Shown piece by piece: positions 9,038 through 18,669 of a stretch of 59,185 nucleotides of DNA. Every line of letters starts with the position of its first letter. The first letter of the stretch is position 1. Below the pieces are notes generated by a model. It searched no databases, was not told where the DNA came from, and worked only from the letters and a program-made list of their open reading frames with translations. A program made the position numbers and the translations under genes. Source of the stretch: Chthonomonadaceae bacterium (GTDB taxonomy: Bacteria; Armatimonadota; Chthonomonadetes; Chthonomonadales; Chthonomonadaceae); contig DASRGZ010000038.1 in assembly GCA_035650735.1 (NCBI GenBank), positions 1-59,185 of the forward strand. The letters run 5' to 3'.

Positions 9038-9138
9038 TTTAGACAGGATTAACGGAATGAACCCGATGTCAACAGCAAGGACAATCTTAGCTTCTCTGCC
9101 TTTCCCTAATCCCATAAATCCTGTTAATCCTGTCTAAA
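9038..9138. repeat. Inverted repeat with 9-nt periodic arms
   Basis: TTTAGACAGGATTAAC (9038-9053)/GTTAATCCTGTCTAAA (9123-9138); right arm AATCCCATA-AATCCTGTT-AATCCTGTC. Confidence 0.8.
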
Positions 9139-9186
9139 AATCTTGTCTTTTCTTCTGTGTCCTGTGGGAAGTTGGAAGGAGAGAGC

Positions 9187-10203
9187 ATGGCTGACGAGCG
9201 CCCCGACCCGACCGCGATCATGCAGTTAGCGACGGGCTATTGGAATTCGGCGGCGCTGCTGGCCGCCAACGAGCTCAACCTGTTCGCGGCGCTGGCGGAG
9301 GGGCCGCGAACAGCCGCCGAGATCGCCGAACGCCTCCAGACCGCCGTGCGCTCCCTGACGATGCTGCTGGATGCCTGCGTCGGGCTGGGCCTGCTCGTCA
9401 AGGAGGCCGGCGAACGCGAGGTGCGCTATCGGAACACGCCCGCTGCCGACGCCTTTCTGGTGCCGGGTCGTCCCGGCTATCTGGGCGACGCGCTCCGGTG
9501 GAGCGCCGATCAGTACGCGGCGTGGGGCCAACTGGCCGAGGCGGTGCGCACGGACGCTCCAGCGGTTCCACCTGAGCGGCACCTGGGCGGCGACCCAGAG
9601 CGAACGCGGCGGTTTGTCCTGGGTATGCACAACCGGGCGCTTGGCGCAGCGCGTGGGCTGCTCCCGTTCCTGGATCTTTCCGGCGTGCAGAGCCTGCTGG
9701 ATGTGGGCGGCGGGCCGGGAACCTACTCTATCCTGCTGGCGCAGAAATATCCCCAACTGCGCGCCACCGTGCTCGACCTGCCCGCCGTTACCGCCATCGC
9801 CCAGGAGATCATCGCGGCGGCAGGCATGGCCGACCGGGTTGAGACGCGCCCTGGCGACGCCGTTGCCGACGACTATGGCGCCGAATCTTACGATGCCGTT
9901 CTCTTCTCCGGGGTCCTCCACCAGATGAATCCAGAGGCGGTCCGGCAGATGCTTTCCAAAGCGCGCCGGGCGCTGCGGCCAGGCGGGCGCCTGCTGATCA
10001 GCGACATTATGCTGGAGGCCAGCAAAACGCAGCCGCCCTTTGCCGCGCTGTTCTCCCTACAAATGCTGCTGACCAGCCAGGCAGGAGCCGTGTTCTCGGT
10101 GGAGGAGTGCATCGGTTGGATGCAGGAAGCCGGATTTTCCGAGGTGGCCGCGCAGCGCCTTCCGCCGCCCCTGCCCTATGTCCTGGTCACCGGAACCGCA
10201 TAA
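9187..10203 (+). CDS. SAM-dependent O-methyltransferase (Methyltransf_2 with dimerisation domain)
   Basis: N-terminal wHTH LNLFAALAEGPRTAAEIA; LLDVGGGPG; VLDLP; GDA; SGVLH; ALRPGGRLLISD. Confidence 0.9.
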   Translation: MADERPDPTAIMQLATGYWNSAALLAANELNLFAALAEGPRTAAEIAERLQTAVRSLTMLLDACVGLGLLVKEAGEREVRYRNTPAADAFLVPGRPGYLGDALRWSADQYAAWGQLAEAVRTDAPAVPPERHLGGDPERTRRFVLGMHNRALGAARGLLPFLDLSGVQSLLDVGGGPGTYSILLAQKYPQLRATVLDLPAVTAIAQEIIAAAGMADRVETRPGDAVADDYGAESYDAVLFSGVLHQMNPEAVRQMLSKARRALRPGGRLLISDIMLEASKTQPPFAALFSLQMLLTSQAGAVFSVEECIGWMQEAGFSEVAAQRLPPPLPYVLVTGTA

Positions 10204-10214
10204 AGGGGAAAGAC

Positions 10215-11198
10215 TTGATAACCGGCAGAGACAAGGAAACTAAACCGAAGCGGCAGAAGCCCGTGGACCGTGCTCTGAACACTCTCTACGAAAAGATCGG
10301 CGGGATGGAGGCGTGCCGATGGATCTCAGAGCGCTTTCACGACCGGATCGCTGGCGATCCCGTACTGAGAGCGATTTTTCCCAAGGATCTCGCCCGCACA
10401 ACCGAGCATCTAGCCCTCTTTTTGGCGGAGAGGCTCGGAGGTCCGGCCGACTATACCGCCACGCGCGGGAAGCAGAGCCTGATATGCCGACATGCCCATC
10501 TTCGGATCGGGCCAGCGGAGGTCGAGAGATGGCTGGGCCATATGTTCGCGACGATGGAAGAGGTGGGCCTGAGCGAAACCGCGCGCCAACTGCTGCGCGA
10601 CTACTTCACGAAGACCGCCCCCACCCTCTCCGATCCGTTTCACACCTTCTATCGGATGCCTCTGGACCAATTGCGTGCGCTCCTGGAACAGAACCCTGCG
10701 CTCGCTGCGGCCTCCGATGCGGGCCGCTCGCTGCTCAGTGAAGCGGCCGGCAGGTGGGATCTGCCGCGCGTACAGATGCTATTGGAACATGGCGCTAATG
10801 TCCATGTGCCAGAACCGCTCTATCGCGCTGCCAACGCGCGGGCGCCCGGGCGAGAAGGCGAGGGCCGCGCCGTGGTGGAGCTCCTCCTCCGGCATGGCGC
10901 CGACGTAAACGGCCGAAGCGGTGTGGGACGGATGACGCCGCTTCATATGGCGGCCCGACGCGGGACGGTTGCCATCGCCGAGGTGTTGCTGGCTTCGGGC
11001 GCGGAGATAGAGGCGAAGGACACGAAGGGAGAGACGCCGCTGCGGCGGGCCGTGAACTGCTGCCAAGAAGGCGTAGTTCGCCTGCTGCTCGCCCACGGTG
11101 CGGATCCGCTGTCCCCGGACAGACAGGGCCGCACAGCGCTCGACGCCGCCCGTCGGGAGCGGATTCGCGAAGCCCTATGCGAAGCTACCCGGAGTTGA
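10215..11198 (+). CDS. Group II truncated hemoglobin fused to ankyrin repeats (start TTG 10215 or GTG 10263)
   Basis: LYEKIGG, RFHDRI, LGGPADY, RH (F8 His), ERWL (G8 Trp); ankyrin repeats TPLHMAARRG, TPLRRAVN, LLAHGADP. Confidence 0.82.
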   Translation: MITGRDKETKPKRQKPVDRALNTLYEKIGGMEACRWISERFHDRIAGDPVLRAIFPKDLARTTEHLALFLAERLGGPADYTATRGKQSLICRHAHLRIGPAEVERWLGHMFATMEEVGLSETARQLLRDYFTKTAPTLSDPFHTFYRMPLDQLRALLEQNPALAAASDAGRSLLSEAAGRWDLPRVQMLLEHGANVHVPEPLYRAANARAPGREGEGRAVVELLLRHGADVNGRSGVGRMTPLHMAARRGTVAIAEVLLASGAEIEAKDTKGETPLRRAVNCCQEGVVRLLLAHGADPLSPDRQGRTALDAARRERIREALCEATRS

Positions 11199-11316
11199 CG
11201 ATCCAGACCGCCCCGTTGTGGGTGCGATAGTGGCACCCCTCATCTACCGGCAGGAACGGACGGGCGAGTGTCGAAGAAGGCATCTAAGGCACTGTTGCGT
11301 TTTTGGCGTCCGCAGT

Positions 11317-11494
11317 GCCGGGCACTGAAAGTACCCGGCTAGAGGGCGGCTGCGCCGCCAACCGTCCTACCGGACGGAACACTTGGCTTTGCTGTGCGTC
11401 CGCTAGTCGCAAGGCCGAGCCGCGAACCGTTGAGCGGCGTCCCTTGCAGTCGCTTGGCCGCAGGCCCTAGAGACGGGTACTTTCCGTGCCCGGC
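11317..11494. repeat. REP doublet family A (GCCGGGCACTGAAAGTACCCGGCT ends)
   Basis: Terminal inverted hairpins; related copy in opposite orientation at 58892-59053. Confidence 0.85.
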
Positions 11495-11559
11495 GGCGAG
11501 TGCGGAGAAAGCTGCATGTCCCTGAGACGCAGAGAGGATAAGGAGGAAGGCACGAAGCG

Positions 11560-12846
11560 ATGGCTGAGCGCATCATGAAGGTAGCCCTGATCGGCGCGGG
11601 CATGTTTGGCGGGGACGTCCATCTGCGCGCCTTTGCCGACTTGCAGCGCTCCGGACTATCCGGCTTTTTGGCACGCCTGGGGGAGGATGAATATTGCCGC
11701 CCATTGGCCGACGTCGCCTTTGTGCTGGTGGCGGTGGCGACCCGCTCCGAGGCGTCCGGGCAGCGCGCCGCCGCAGAATATGAGCGCCTGACAGGACAGC
11801 GGCCCGCCGCCTTTTATGGCGAAAAACCCTGGAACGACGTTCTGGCGGCCCATCCCGACCTGGACATGCTGGCCGTCGCCACGCCGGATAACCTGCATAC
11901 CGAGCCGGTTCTGGCCGCGCTGGAGGCGAGCTGCCATGTGATCGTGGAAAAGCCGATGTGCCTCGACATCCGGGAGGCCGACCGGATCATCGAGACGGCC
12001 AACGCGCGCCAACGGGTGGTCTGCGTGGACATGCACAAGCGCTATGACCCCGACCATATGCGCATCAAGAACGATATCCGTGAGCGTATCGGCGAGCCGC
12101 TCTACGGCACGGCCATCCTGGAAGAGCCCCTGGAGGTTTCCACCAGCACCTTCAAATGGGCCGAGCAGAGCGACCCCTTCACCTACGTCGGCCCCCACTG
12201 GACCGACCTGTTTCACTACTACTACGGCGCCAAGCCGGTCGGCCTGACCGCCGTGGGCCAGAAGAAGCGGCTGGTGCGGGACGGCATCAACGCCTACGAC
12301 GCCGTACAGGTGCGCGTGGACTGGGACAACGGCATGAGCATCACGTTCCAGAACAACTGGATCACGCCGCCCGATTTCGAGGGGCCGGTGAACCAGGGAC
12401 ACGAGATCGTGGGGACGGACGGCAAGGTGGAGAGTGACCAGCAGTACCGGGGCTTCCGTTTCTGGCACGCGGGCGGCGGCTCTCGCACCGCCAATAACCA
12501 CTTCACCCGCAACGTGCCCCGTCCGGATGGCAGCGGCGCCTACATCGGCTACGGCACCGACAGCATCCATATCGGCATGCTGGCCGCCTGTCGCATCAAG
12601 TTCCTGGGCGAGACGTTGGCGCAAGTCAAGCCCAGCTTCCCCACCCCGGAAGAGGCCCGTATCACCGTTGCCATTATCCATGCGGCCCGCCTGGTGCGCG
12701 ATGGCAACTTCGCCTACCAGCAGCAGGGCAAAGCGCCCGCCGTCAGCGCCAGCTTCGGCCCGGATGGCATCGCCATCCTCGATCCCTACCGCGCCAAGGA
12801 GGGCCCGGAAGCCGTGATTGAATATATCTACGACCGTCCGCTTTAA
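11560..12846 (+). CDS. Gfo/Idh/MocA family oxidoreductase
   Basis: VALIGAGMFG, VATPDNLH, HVIVEKP, HKRYDP; AGGAGG RBS. Confidence 0.9.
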   Translation: MAERIMKVALIGAGMFGGDVHLRAFADLQRSGLSGFLARLGEDEYCRPLADVAFVLVAVATRSEASGQRAAAEYERLTGQRPAAFYGEKPWNDVLAAHPDLDMLAVATPDNLHTEPVLAALEASCHVIVEKPMCLDIREADRIIETANARQRVVCVDMHKRYDPDHMRIKNDIRERIGEPLYGTAILEEPLEVSTSTFKWAEQSDPFTYVGPHWTDLFHYYYGAKPVGLTAVGQKKRLVRDGINAYDAVQVRVDWDNGMSITFQNNWITPPDFEGPVNQGHEIVGTDGKVESDQQYRGFRFWHAGGGSRTANNHFTRNVPRPDGSGAYIGYGTDSIHIGMLAACRIKFLGETLAQVKPSFPTPEEARITVAIIHAARLVRDGNFAYQQQGKAPAVSASFGPDGIAILDPYRAKEGPEAVIEYIYDRPL

Positions 12847-12940
12847 AGGGCACGGCATTCAAGCGTGGCTGCCTTCAGGCTTAATCTCAAACTGCTCTCG
12901 TCGGGCATCGCCCGCTAAATTCTCTAGAGAAAGTTGAGTT

Positions 12941-14326
12941 ATGGGCAAACCTTTTGACATCACACCCCAACCCGTCCCGCCGGTGGAGACGCCGTTCCGG
13001 CGCATCGCCTCTCCCATCCCGCATCCGGACTCCGTGCCCACGCTGCGGCGTCTGCTGGAGGTTGAGCCGCGCTCCATGTCCGGCCAGCCTCCCATCGTCT
13101 GGGAGAAGGCCGAAGGCGTGCAGGTCTACGACGCCTACGGCAACAAGTGGCTGGACTGGTCCTCCGGCGTGCTGGTAGCCAACGCCGGCCACGGTATTCC
13201 CGCCATCCGCGAGGCGATTATAGACCAGGTACACAGCGGCCTGCTGCACAACTACTGCTTCCCCAGCGAGGAACGCGCGCAACTGGCGCAGCGTCTCGTC
13301 GAGTTGGCCCCAGCGGGAATAGAGAAATGCTTCCTCCTGACTACCGGCTCGGAGACGACCGAATGCGCCCTGAAACTGGCCCGCTCCTGGGGCCAGCGCA
13401 CGGGCGGGCCGCGCAAGATCGGCATCGTCAGCTTCCATCAGAGCTTTCATGGGCGCACGATGGGCGCGCAGCAGATGGGCCGACTTGGCGACGGCCACCG
13501 CTGGATCCAGAACCTGGACCCGGACATCCATCACGTTCCCTTCCCGGATGGCTATCGCGTGGAAGACACCCGTTTCGACCTGTTCCTGCGCACGCTGGAG
13601 GAGCAGGGGATCATGCCCGATCGGATCGCGGGCGTCATCTCGGAAACCTACCAGGGCGCGGGGCCGGACTTTCTGCCGGTAGAGTACGCGCAGCAGCTGC
13701 GGCGGTGGTGCGACGAGCATGGGGTGGTGCTCATCTTCGACGAGGTGCAGGCGGGCTTCGGACGCTGCGGCACCTTCTGGGGCTTCGAGCACTACGGCGT
13801 GGTGCCTGACCTCATCACCTGCGGCAAGGGCATCACCAGCTCACTGCCTTTAGCGGCGGTGCTGGGCCGGGCCGCGATTATGGACCAGTACGATCCCGGC
13901 TCGATGACCAGTACCCACTCCGGCAATCCGGTCTGCTGCCGCGCGGCCCTGGCCAGCATCCAGGCGATTGTGGAGGGAGGGTTGGTGGAGAATGCGCGCC
14001 GGATGGAGGGCATCCTGCTGCCGGGCCTGTATGCTATCCAGCGTAGGCATCCGCAGGTGATCGGCTGTGTGCACGGCAAGGGGCTTGTGGCGGGGCTGCA
14101 AATCGTCCATCCAGGCACGAAAGATCCCTATGCCGACCTGGCGCACCGCATTGTGGAAAAATCGTTCCAGAGGGGGCTGCTCTTCTTCGCCCCGGTGGGC
14201 ATTGGCGGCGGCTGTGTCAAGATCAGCCCGCCCCTCTGCATCACTGAGGCGGCCCTCCAGGATGGGCTAGAGGCGCTAAACGCGGCCTGCGACGAGGCCA
14301 TCGCCGCGCTCGCGCCCGGACATTAG
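12941..14326 (+). CDS. Class III PLP-dependent aminotransferase
   Basis: DAYGNKWLD, TGSE, SFHGRT, LIFDEVQAGFGRCG, PDLITCGKG, STHSGNP. Confidence 0.93.
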   Translation: MGKPFDITPQPVPPVETPFRRIASPIPHPDSVPTLRRLLEVEPRSMSGQPPIVWEKAEGVQVYDAYGNKWLDWSSGVLVANAGHGIPAIREAIIDQVHSGLLHNYCFPSEERAQLAQRLVELAPAGIEKCFLLTTGSETTECALKLARSWGQRTGGPRKIGIVSFHQSFHGRTMGAQQMGRLGDGHRWIQNLDPDIHHVPFPDGYRVEDTRFDLFLRTLEEQGIMPDRIAGVISETYQGAGPDFLPVEYAQQLRRWCDEHGVVLIFDEVQAGFGRCGTFWGFEHYGVVPDLITCGKGITSSLPLAAVLGRAAIMDQYDPGSMTSTHSGNPVCCRAALASIQAIVEGGLVENARRMEGILLPGLYAIQRRHPQVIGCVHGKGLVAGLQIVHPGTKDPYADLAHRIVEKSFQRGLLFFAPVGIGGGCVKISPPLCITEAALQDGLEALNAACDEAIAALAPGH

Positions 14327-14395
14327 GGCCAGCGGCCTGTAGCCGACAGCAGCCTCTATCCCGGCAAAACTATCAGACATACGTCGCACTGTTTG

Positions 14396-14433
14396 AGGGC
14401 TTCCCGCAATCCCCAACAGAGGCGGGAAGCCCT
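14396..14433. terminator. Hairpin between convergent genes, possible bidirectional terminator
   Basis: Perfect 12-bp IR AGGGCTTCCCGC/GCGGGAAGCCCT; no clear U-tract. Confidence 0.4.
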
Positions 14434-14478
14434 GTTAGTCCTGCCCCAGGCACCTGTCTGAGGTCGGCGAAGCGCCCC

Positions 14479-15351
14479 CTACCCCTGTCCGGATACGCGA
14501 CGGCGGCCGGGGGATTGGGAAATATCTGCCAGCAGCGCAAAGGCTTCGGCCATCGCATCCATGCGGGCAAATTGCGCTCCCAGCTCGCGCAGGCTCTGGA
14601 TCAGCCTCTCCAGCATGATCATGCGGTGCCCCCTGCCGATCACCTGGGGATGCATCGTATAGGTGAGAAGGCCCCATTCCTCCGTGCGCGCCATGTACCG
14701 GAAATCGTCGAGCCAGTTCGCCAGCACGTCATCGGCGCGCTGAAGGCCGGGCAGCAGGCCCGTCTCCGTCCGGTTAAACTCAAAGTGGGGATAGTCGTCC
14801 AGCGACCAGCTAATCGGCATCTCGATCAGGCGCGTCTCGCGGCCAAACTGCGCCGGCTGATCGCGTGGGAAGAGGTCTCCCTGCCGGGCGAAGTAAGGGT
14901 GGTGATCGTGGGCCATCATGCTGCTATCGTAGTCAAATCCGTGCTCCAGCAACAGCTCCACCGTATGCGGGCTTAAATCCCACGACGGCGAGCGGTATCC
15001 CCGCGCGGGCGCGCCGGTCGCGCGCATAATCGCGTCGTTGCCGCGCAGAAGGACAGCCCTCTCCTCCTCATAGGAAAGGGTGGCGGGCGGCTCATGGAGA
15101 TAGCCGTGGTGAGCGATCTCATGCCCCTCTGCGTAGATGCGCCGGCAGATATCCGGATAGGTCTCCAGCGTATGCCCCGGCACAAACCAGGTCGCCTGGA
15201 TATCGTACCTGGCCAGCAAGTCTAAGAGCCGCGCCGCGCCCACGATTCCAAACTCCCCACGGGAGATGGGCGTCGGCGTGGTCATGCCGCGAAAAATCCA
15301 GGGCGAGATTGCGTCAAAGTCGAAGGTCAGGCACACGTAATGTTCTCTCAT
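14479..15351 (-). CDS. Polysaccharide deacetylase (CE4, PgdA-like)
   Basis: CLTFDFD, ATWFVPG, HEIAHHGYLH, GYRSP, YDSS, MHPQVIGR; start placed after an SD-like GAGGAAGG. Confidence 0.9.
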   Translation of the reverse strand: MREHYVCLTFDFDAISPWIFRGMTTPTPISRGEFGIVGAARLLDLLARYDIQATWFVPGHTLETYPDICRRIYAEGHEIAHHGYLHEPPATLSYEEERAVLLRGNDAIMRATGAPARGYRSPSWDLSPHTVELLLEHGFDYDSSMMAHDHHPYFARQGDLFPRDQPAQFGRETRLIEMPISWSLDDYPHFEFNRTETGLLPGLQRADDVLANWLDDFRYMARTEEWGLLTYTMHPQVIGRGHRMIMLERLIQSLRELGAQFARMDAMAEAFALLADISQSPGRRRVSGQG

Positions 15352-15888
15352 CGCCTTCCTCTCCTCCGTGTCTCCAGGCCGTAAGCTCCTGGGAATTCTA
15401 CTCTCCCCCGCCCTTCTGTTCGCCAGATCGCTGACTCTTTCCTGCTTCTTGCCGGACAAAAAGAACGCAGAGCGCCATCGTTCGTCCCTATGTCCTGGAA
15501 GGCTTGCGTTGCGTCTATCTCTCTCAATCTTATCCTCATTCTATCGTCAGAAGAGTCGAGGCGGCTGTCAAATACTATACAGTCCTAGTATCAAACGTGT
15601 CACAGCCTGGGAAACGCGCTGGAGAGGGCTTTTTCGGCAAACGGAGCGGTTATAGAGGCAGCAGAAGGAGGCAGCAGAAGGCCAGGATGCCGTCTGCCAG
15701 TTGCGGTTGACCGTGACGGCGATAAAGGCATTATGGAGGCGGCGGAGAGCCAGAACGCGGGCGCGCAGCGAAGGAGAAGCAGGCAAGAGAACAGCCACAG
15801 GAAGCCGACCCATACCTCCTGTGGCTGTGTCTCTGTAGGTGTTGTACCCACTGACGTAAGCGTAACCGGGACGCCCTTTAGTTCCCAG

Positions 15889-15915
15889 AACGGCAAAATT
15901 TTGCCCGTTTTTTTT
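15889..15915 (+). terminator. Intrinsic terminator oriented for a plus-strand transcript
   Basis: AACGGCAA...TTGCCCGTT stem followed by a T8 run (15908-15915). Confidence 0.55.
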
Positions 15916-15920
15916 ATTGA

Positions 15921-17270
15921 TTAGTGGAGCGGCGGCAGAATGTCGCGCTGGAGCGTCAGCATCTCCTCCACCATCTCGACCGCGCCGCGATAGGAGTTCA
16001 CCGTCGGCTCCAACAGCACGGCCTGGAGCAGCTTGGCCTTCGAGCGTTCCGCAAGCGCTTCCACCAGCAGCTTGTGAATGCTGCCCTGCAAGCGGATCAT
16101 CGCCGCGATGGCCTCCGGCAACGGCTCCATCTGCTGCGGGCGCAGCCCCTCCGGCGTGCCCGTCGCCGGTACCTCCACCACCATATCTTCGGGCAAGTTC
16201 GGGACGTAGCCGCCTCGGTTCGGGACGTTGATGGCATCCAGGTGCTGCCGCTTGCCGCAGGCCAGCGCCTCCATGATGGGGATCGCCAGCTCGCCGGACG
16301 GTTCCAGCGGATGGTCCTCCAGGCGTGCGGGCCTGGGTTCCGGCTTTTTCCAGGGGCGATTGGTCTTGTCTCCGGCCAGCGTATAGACAAACTCAGGCAC
16401 CACGCCCGTCTCCCAGGGATGGCCGTCCGCCGGGTCGTAAAAGTAGAGAAGCTCGTTAGCATAGAAGCCATCCGCCCAGTGGATATACTCCCCGAAGTGG
16501 TTGGTCGAAGGCGATGGGTAGAGACCGAAGCGCCGCAGCAGAATCCGGGACATGCCGATCTCGTGCCAGTCGGCCAGCCAATCGCCCTCGCGCTCGGCCT
16601 CGCGCAGCCGCGGATAGAGGTCCTGGCCGGTGCGGCGATCCCGAATGGTCTGAAACCAGGTGAAGTGGTTAATGCCGCAGGCGGCCATCTCTATCTCCTC
16701 GATAGGCTTATCCAGGATATAGGCGATCTGGCGCATCCCCATCCCCACACCGTGACACAGCCCGATGCATTTCACTCTGGTCAGCCGCGTCACCGACTCG
16801 CAGACCTTATGCAGCGGGTTGGTATAGTTGAGCAGATAGGCGTCGGGGCAGATGCGCTCCATCGCGCGGGCGATCTGGACCATCGGCGCCATAGTGCGCA
16901 GCCCATGAAAGAGCGAGCCCGGCCCGCCATTCTCCCCGTAAATCTGCCGGAAGCCATACTTGCGCGGAATATGGAAGTCCTGCGCCCAGTAGAGGTCGCG
17001 CTTGACCTCGATGGCGGTGACGACGAAGTCCGTGCCCTCCAGAGCCTTCTCCAGGTTGGTCGTCGCGCTGACCTGGATGTTGCGCTCCCGCTTTGCGGCC
17101 AGGAACTCGGCGTAACGGCGGATGTCTACCAGGTTTTCCGCGACGATATCCATCAGGCGGAGCTGGAGGGGACGCTCCGCCAGAGTATCGCTCAAAACAA
17201 TATCGCGCACGGTGCCCGGCCCAAACGAGCGGCTGCCCGCGCCGATAAGGGTGATCCTGATCGGTTCCAT
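15921..17270 (-). CDS. Glycoside hydrolase family 4 (NAD-dependent alpha-galactosidase/glucosidase)
   Basis: IGAGS, GENGGPG, LLNYTNP, GLCHG, GINHFTW; AAAGGAGG RBS. Confidence 0.93.
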   Translation of the reverse strand: MEPIRITLIGAGSRSFGPGTVRDIVLSDTLAERPLQLRLMDIVAENLVDIRRYAEFLAAKRERNIQVSATTNLEKALEGTDFVVTAIEVKRDLYWAQDFHIPRKYGFRQIYGENGGPGSLFHGLRTMAPMVQIARAMERICPDAYLLNYTNPLHKVCESVTRLTRVKCIGLCHGVGMGMRQIAYILDKPIEEIEMAACGINHFTWFQTIRDRRTGQDLYPRLREAEREGDWLADWHEIGMSRILLRRFGLYPSPSTNHFGEYIHWADGFYANELLYFYDPADGHPWETGVVPEFVYTLAGDKTNRPWKKPEPRPARLEDHPLEPSGELAIPIMEALACGKRQHLDAINVPNRGGYVPNLPEDMVVEVPATGTPEGLRPQQMEPLPEAIAAMIRLQGSIHKLLVEALAERSKAKLLQAVLLEPTVNSYRGAVEMVEEMLTLQRDILPPLH

Positions 17271-17391
17271 GCTACGCCTCCTTTGTGATGGCTAAATCGT
17301 GTCTCCCGTAAAAAGTGTGGCAGTCAGCAGGAATGTTCTCTTCGGGCGCTAATTTATCCTTGTCGAAATCGCGGCCATAAGGAGCATGCCC

Positions 17392-18597
17392 ATGAGCGCA
17401 CAGACTCTCCGTTCCGTTGACGACCGGATTCGCCGCCTGATTGTCAATCGCCGGCCCGGTTGGTCGCTGGAGCAGCCGTTCTATACCGCCCCGGACATCT
17501 TCGCACTCGACCTAGAGCGCGTCTTCCGCCGCTGCTGGCTCTTTGCGGGCCACGCCAACCGGATTCCCAATCCCGGCGATTACTTTACCCATGCTCTTGC
17601 CAACGATTCGCTGATCCTCATCCGCGACGACGACGGGCAGATACACGCCCTCTTTAACACCTGCCGCCACCGGGGATCGCTGATCTGCCTGGAACCGTCC
17701 GGCCATGCCAGGAAGCTCGTCTGCCCCTATCACCAGTGGGTCTACGAGAAGAACGGCGCGCTGGCCTCCGCCAAGATGATGCCCGACGACCTGGATAAGT
17801 CTGCGTTTGGCCTGCACCGGGCGCACGTTCGGGTGGTCGAGGGACTGATCTTTATCCATCTGGGGGAGAACGCCGACAATTTTGATGCGATAGAGGCGGC
17901 CATTCGCGGCCATCTGGCACCCTATGAATTGGAGCACGCCAAAATCTGCCACACGCAACGCTACCTGGTGCGCGCCAACTGGAAGATCATGGAGGAGAAC
18001 TTCCGAGAGTGTTATCACTGCCCGGTAGGCCACCCAGAGTATTGCCACGCCGTGCTCGGCTTTAACGAGTCGCCGGAACAGATCGCCTCCGTCAGCAGGG
18101 AGCGCCGTGAGCACTGGCGGCAGTTGGGCCTGTCCACATTAGACATCCCCTTTAGCCCGGAGAACGGCTTTCACTGCTCGCGCTATCCCCTGCGGCCGGG
18201 ATTTGTCAGCGAGAGCCTGGACGGTCAGCCTGTCGCGCCGGTGCTGGGGCGATTGCCGGAGCCGGATGCCGGGATCCTGGCCATCGTCATGTTCCCCAAC
18301 TTCTGGTTTGAGGCGAGCGGAGACTATGCGTGCAGTATGCGCCGCACGCCCCTCTCGCCGACTCTGTGCGAGGTAGAAGCAACCTGGCTGGTGCGCGGGG
18401 ATGCCGTAGAGGGGGTGGATTATGACGTAGATCGCGTGATCGCCTTCTGGAAGAGAACCGGGGAACAGGATTGGACGCTCTGCGAGAACAACCAGGCGGG
18501 CGTCAACTCTAGCCGCTACCGCCCCGGCCCCTACGCGCCCATCGAAAGCGGCCCGGAGACGTTCGTGCAGTGGTATCTCAACAGGCTCTGCTCTTGA
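17392..18597 (+). CDS. Rieske non-heme iron oxygenase alpha subunit (GbcA/Stc2-like)
   Basis: NTCRHRG...VCPYHQW Rieske motif; NWK-x3-ENFRECYHCPVGH; EQDWTLCE. Confidence 0.92.
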   Translation: MSAQTLRSVDDRIRRLIVNRRPGWSLEQPFYTAPDIFALDLERVFRRCWLFAGHANRIPNPGDYFTHALANDSLILIRDDDGQIHALFNTCRHRGSLICLEPSGHARKLVCPYHQWVYEKNGALASAKMMPDDLDKSAFGLHRAHVRVVEGLIFIHLGENADNFDAIEAAIRGHLAPYELEHAKICHTQRYLVRANWKIMEENFRECYHCPVGHPEYCHAVLGFNESPEQIASVSRERREHWRQLGLSTLDIPFSPENGFHCSRYPLRPGFVSESLDGQPVAPVLGRLPEPDAGILAIVMFPNFWFEASGDYACSMRRTPLSPTLCEVEATWLVRGDAVEGVDYDVDRVIAFWKRTGEQDWTLCENNQAGVNSSRYRPGPYAPIESGPETFVQWYLNRLCS

Positions 18598-18669
18598 CGC
18601 GGTAAACGATGCGGCCTGCAACATCGCAAAGGGAATGCCCCTCGGAACTTTCGGTCCTTGCCCGCGTAG

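Noticed and set aside
11215..11250. PVVGAIVAPLIYR resembling an aquaporin C-terminal helix remnant
   Set aside because: Too short, with no NPA motif or upstream continuation.
14396..14405. 10-nt match (AGGGCTTCCC) to the 40506-40540 spacer as a self-target
   Set aside because: A 10-nt match is expected by chance in a GC-rich window of this size.
15568..15896. Minus-strand ORFs of 81 and 98 aa in the intergenic gap
   Set aside because: No family motifs; the SD abuts the ATG at 15813 and lies in a hairpin, so they are not supported as CDS.
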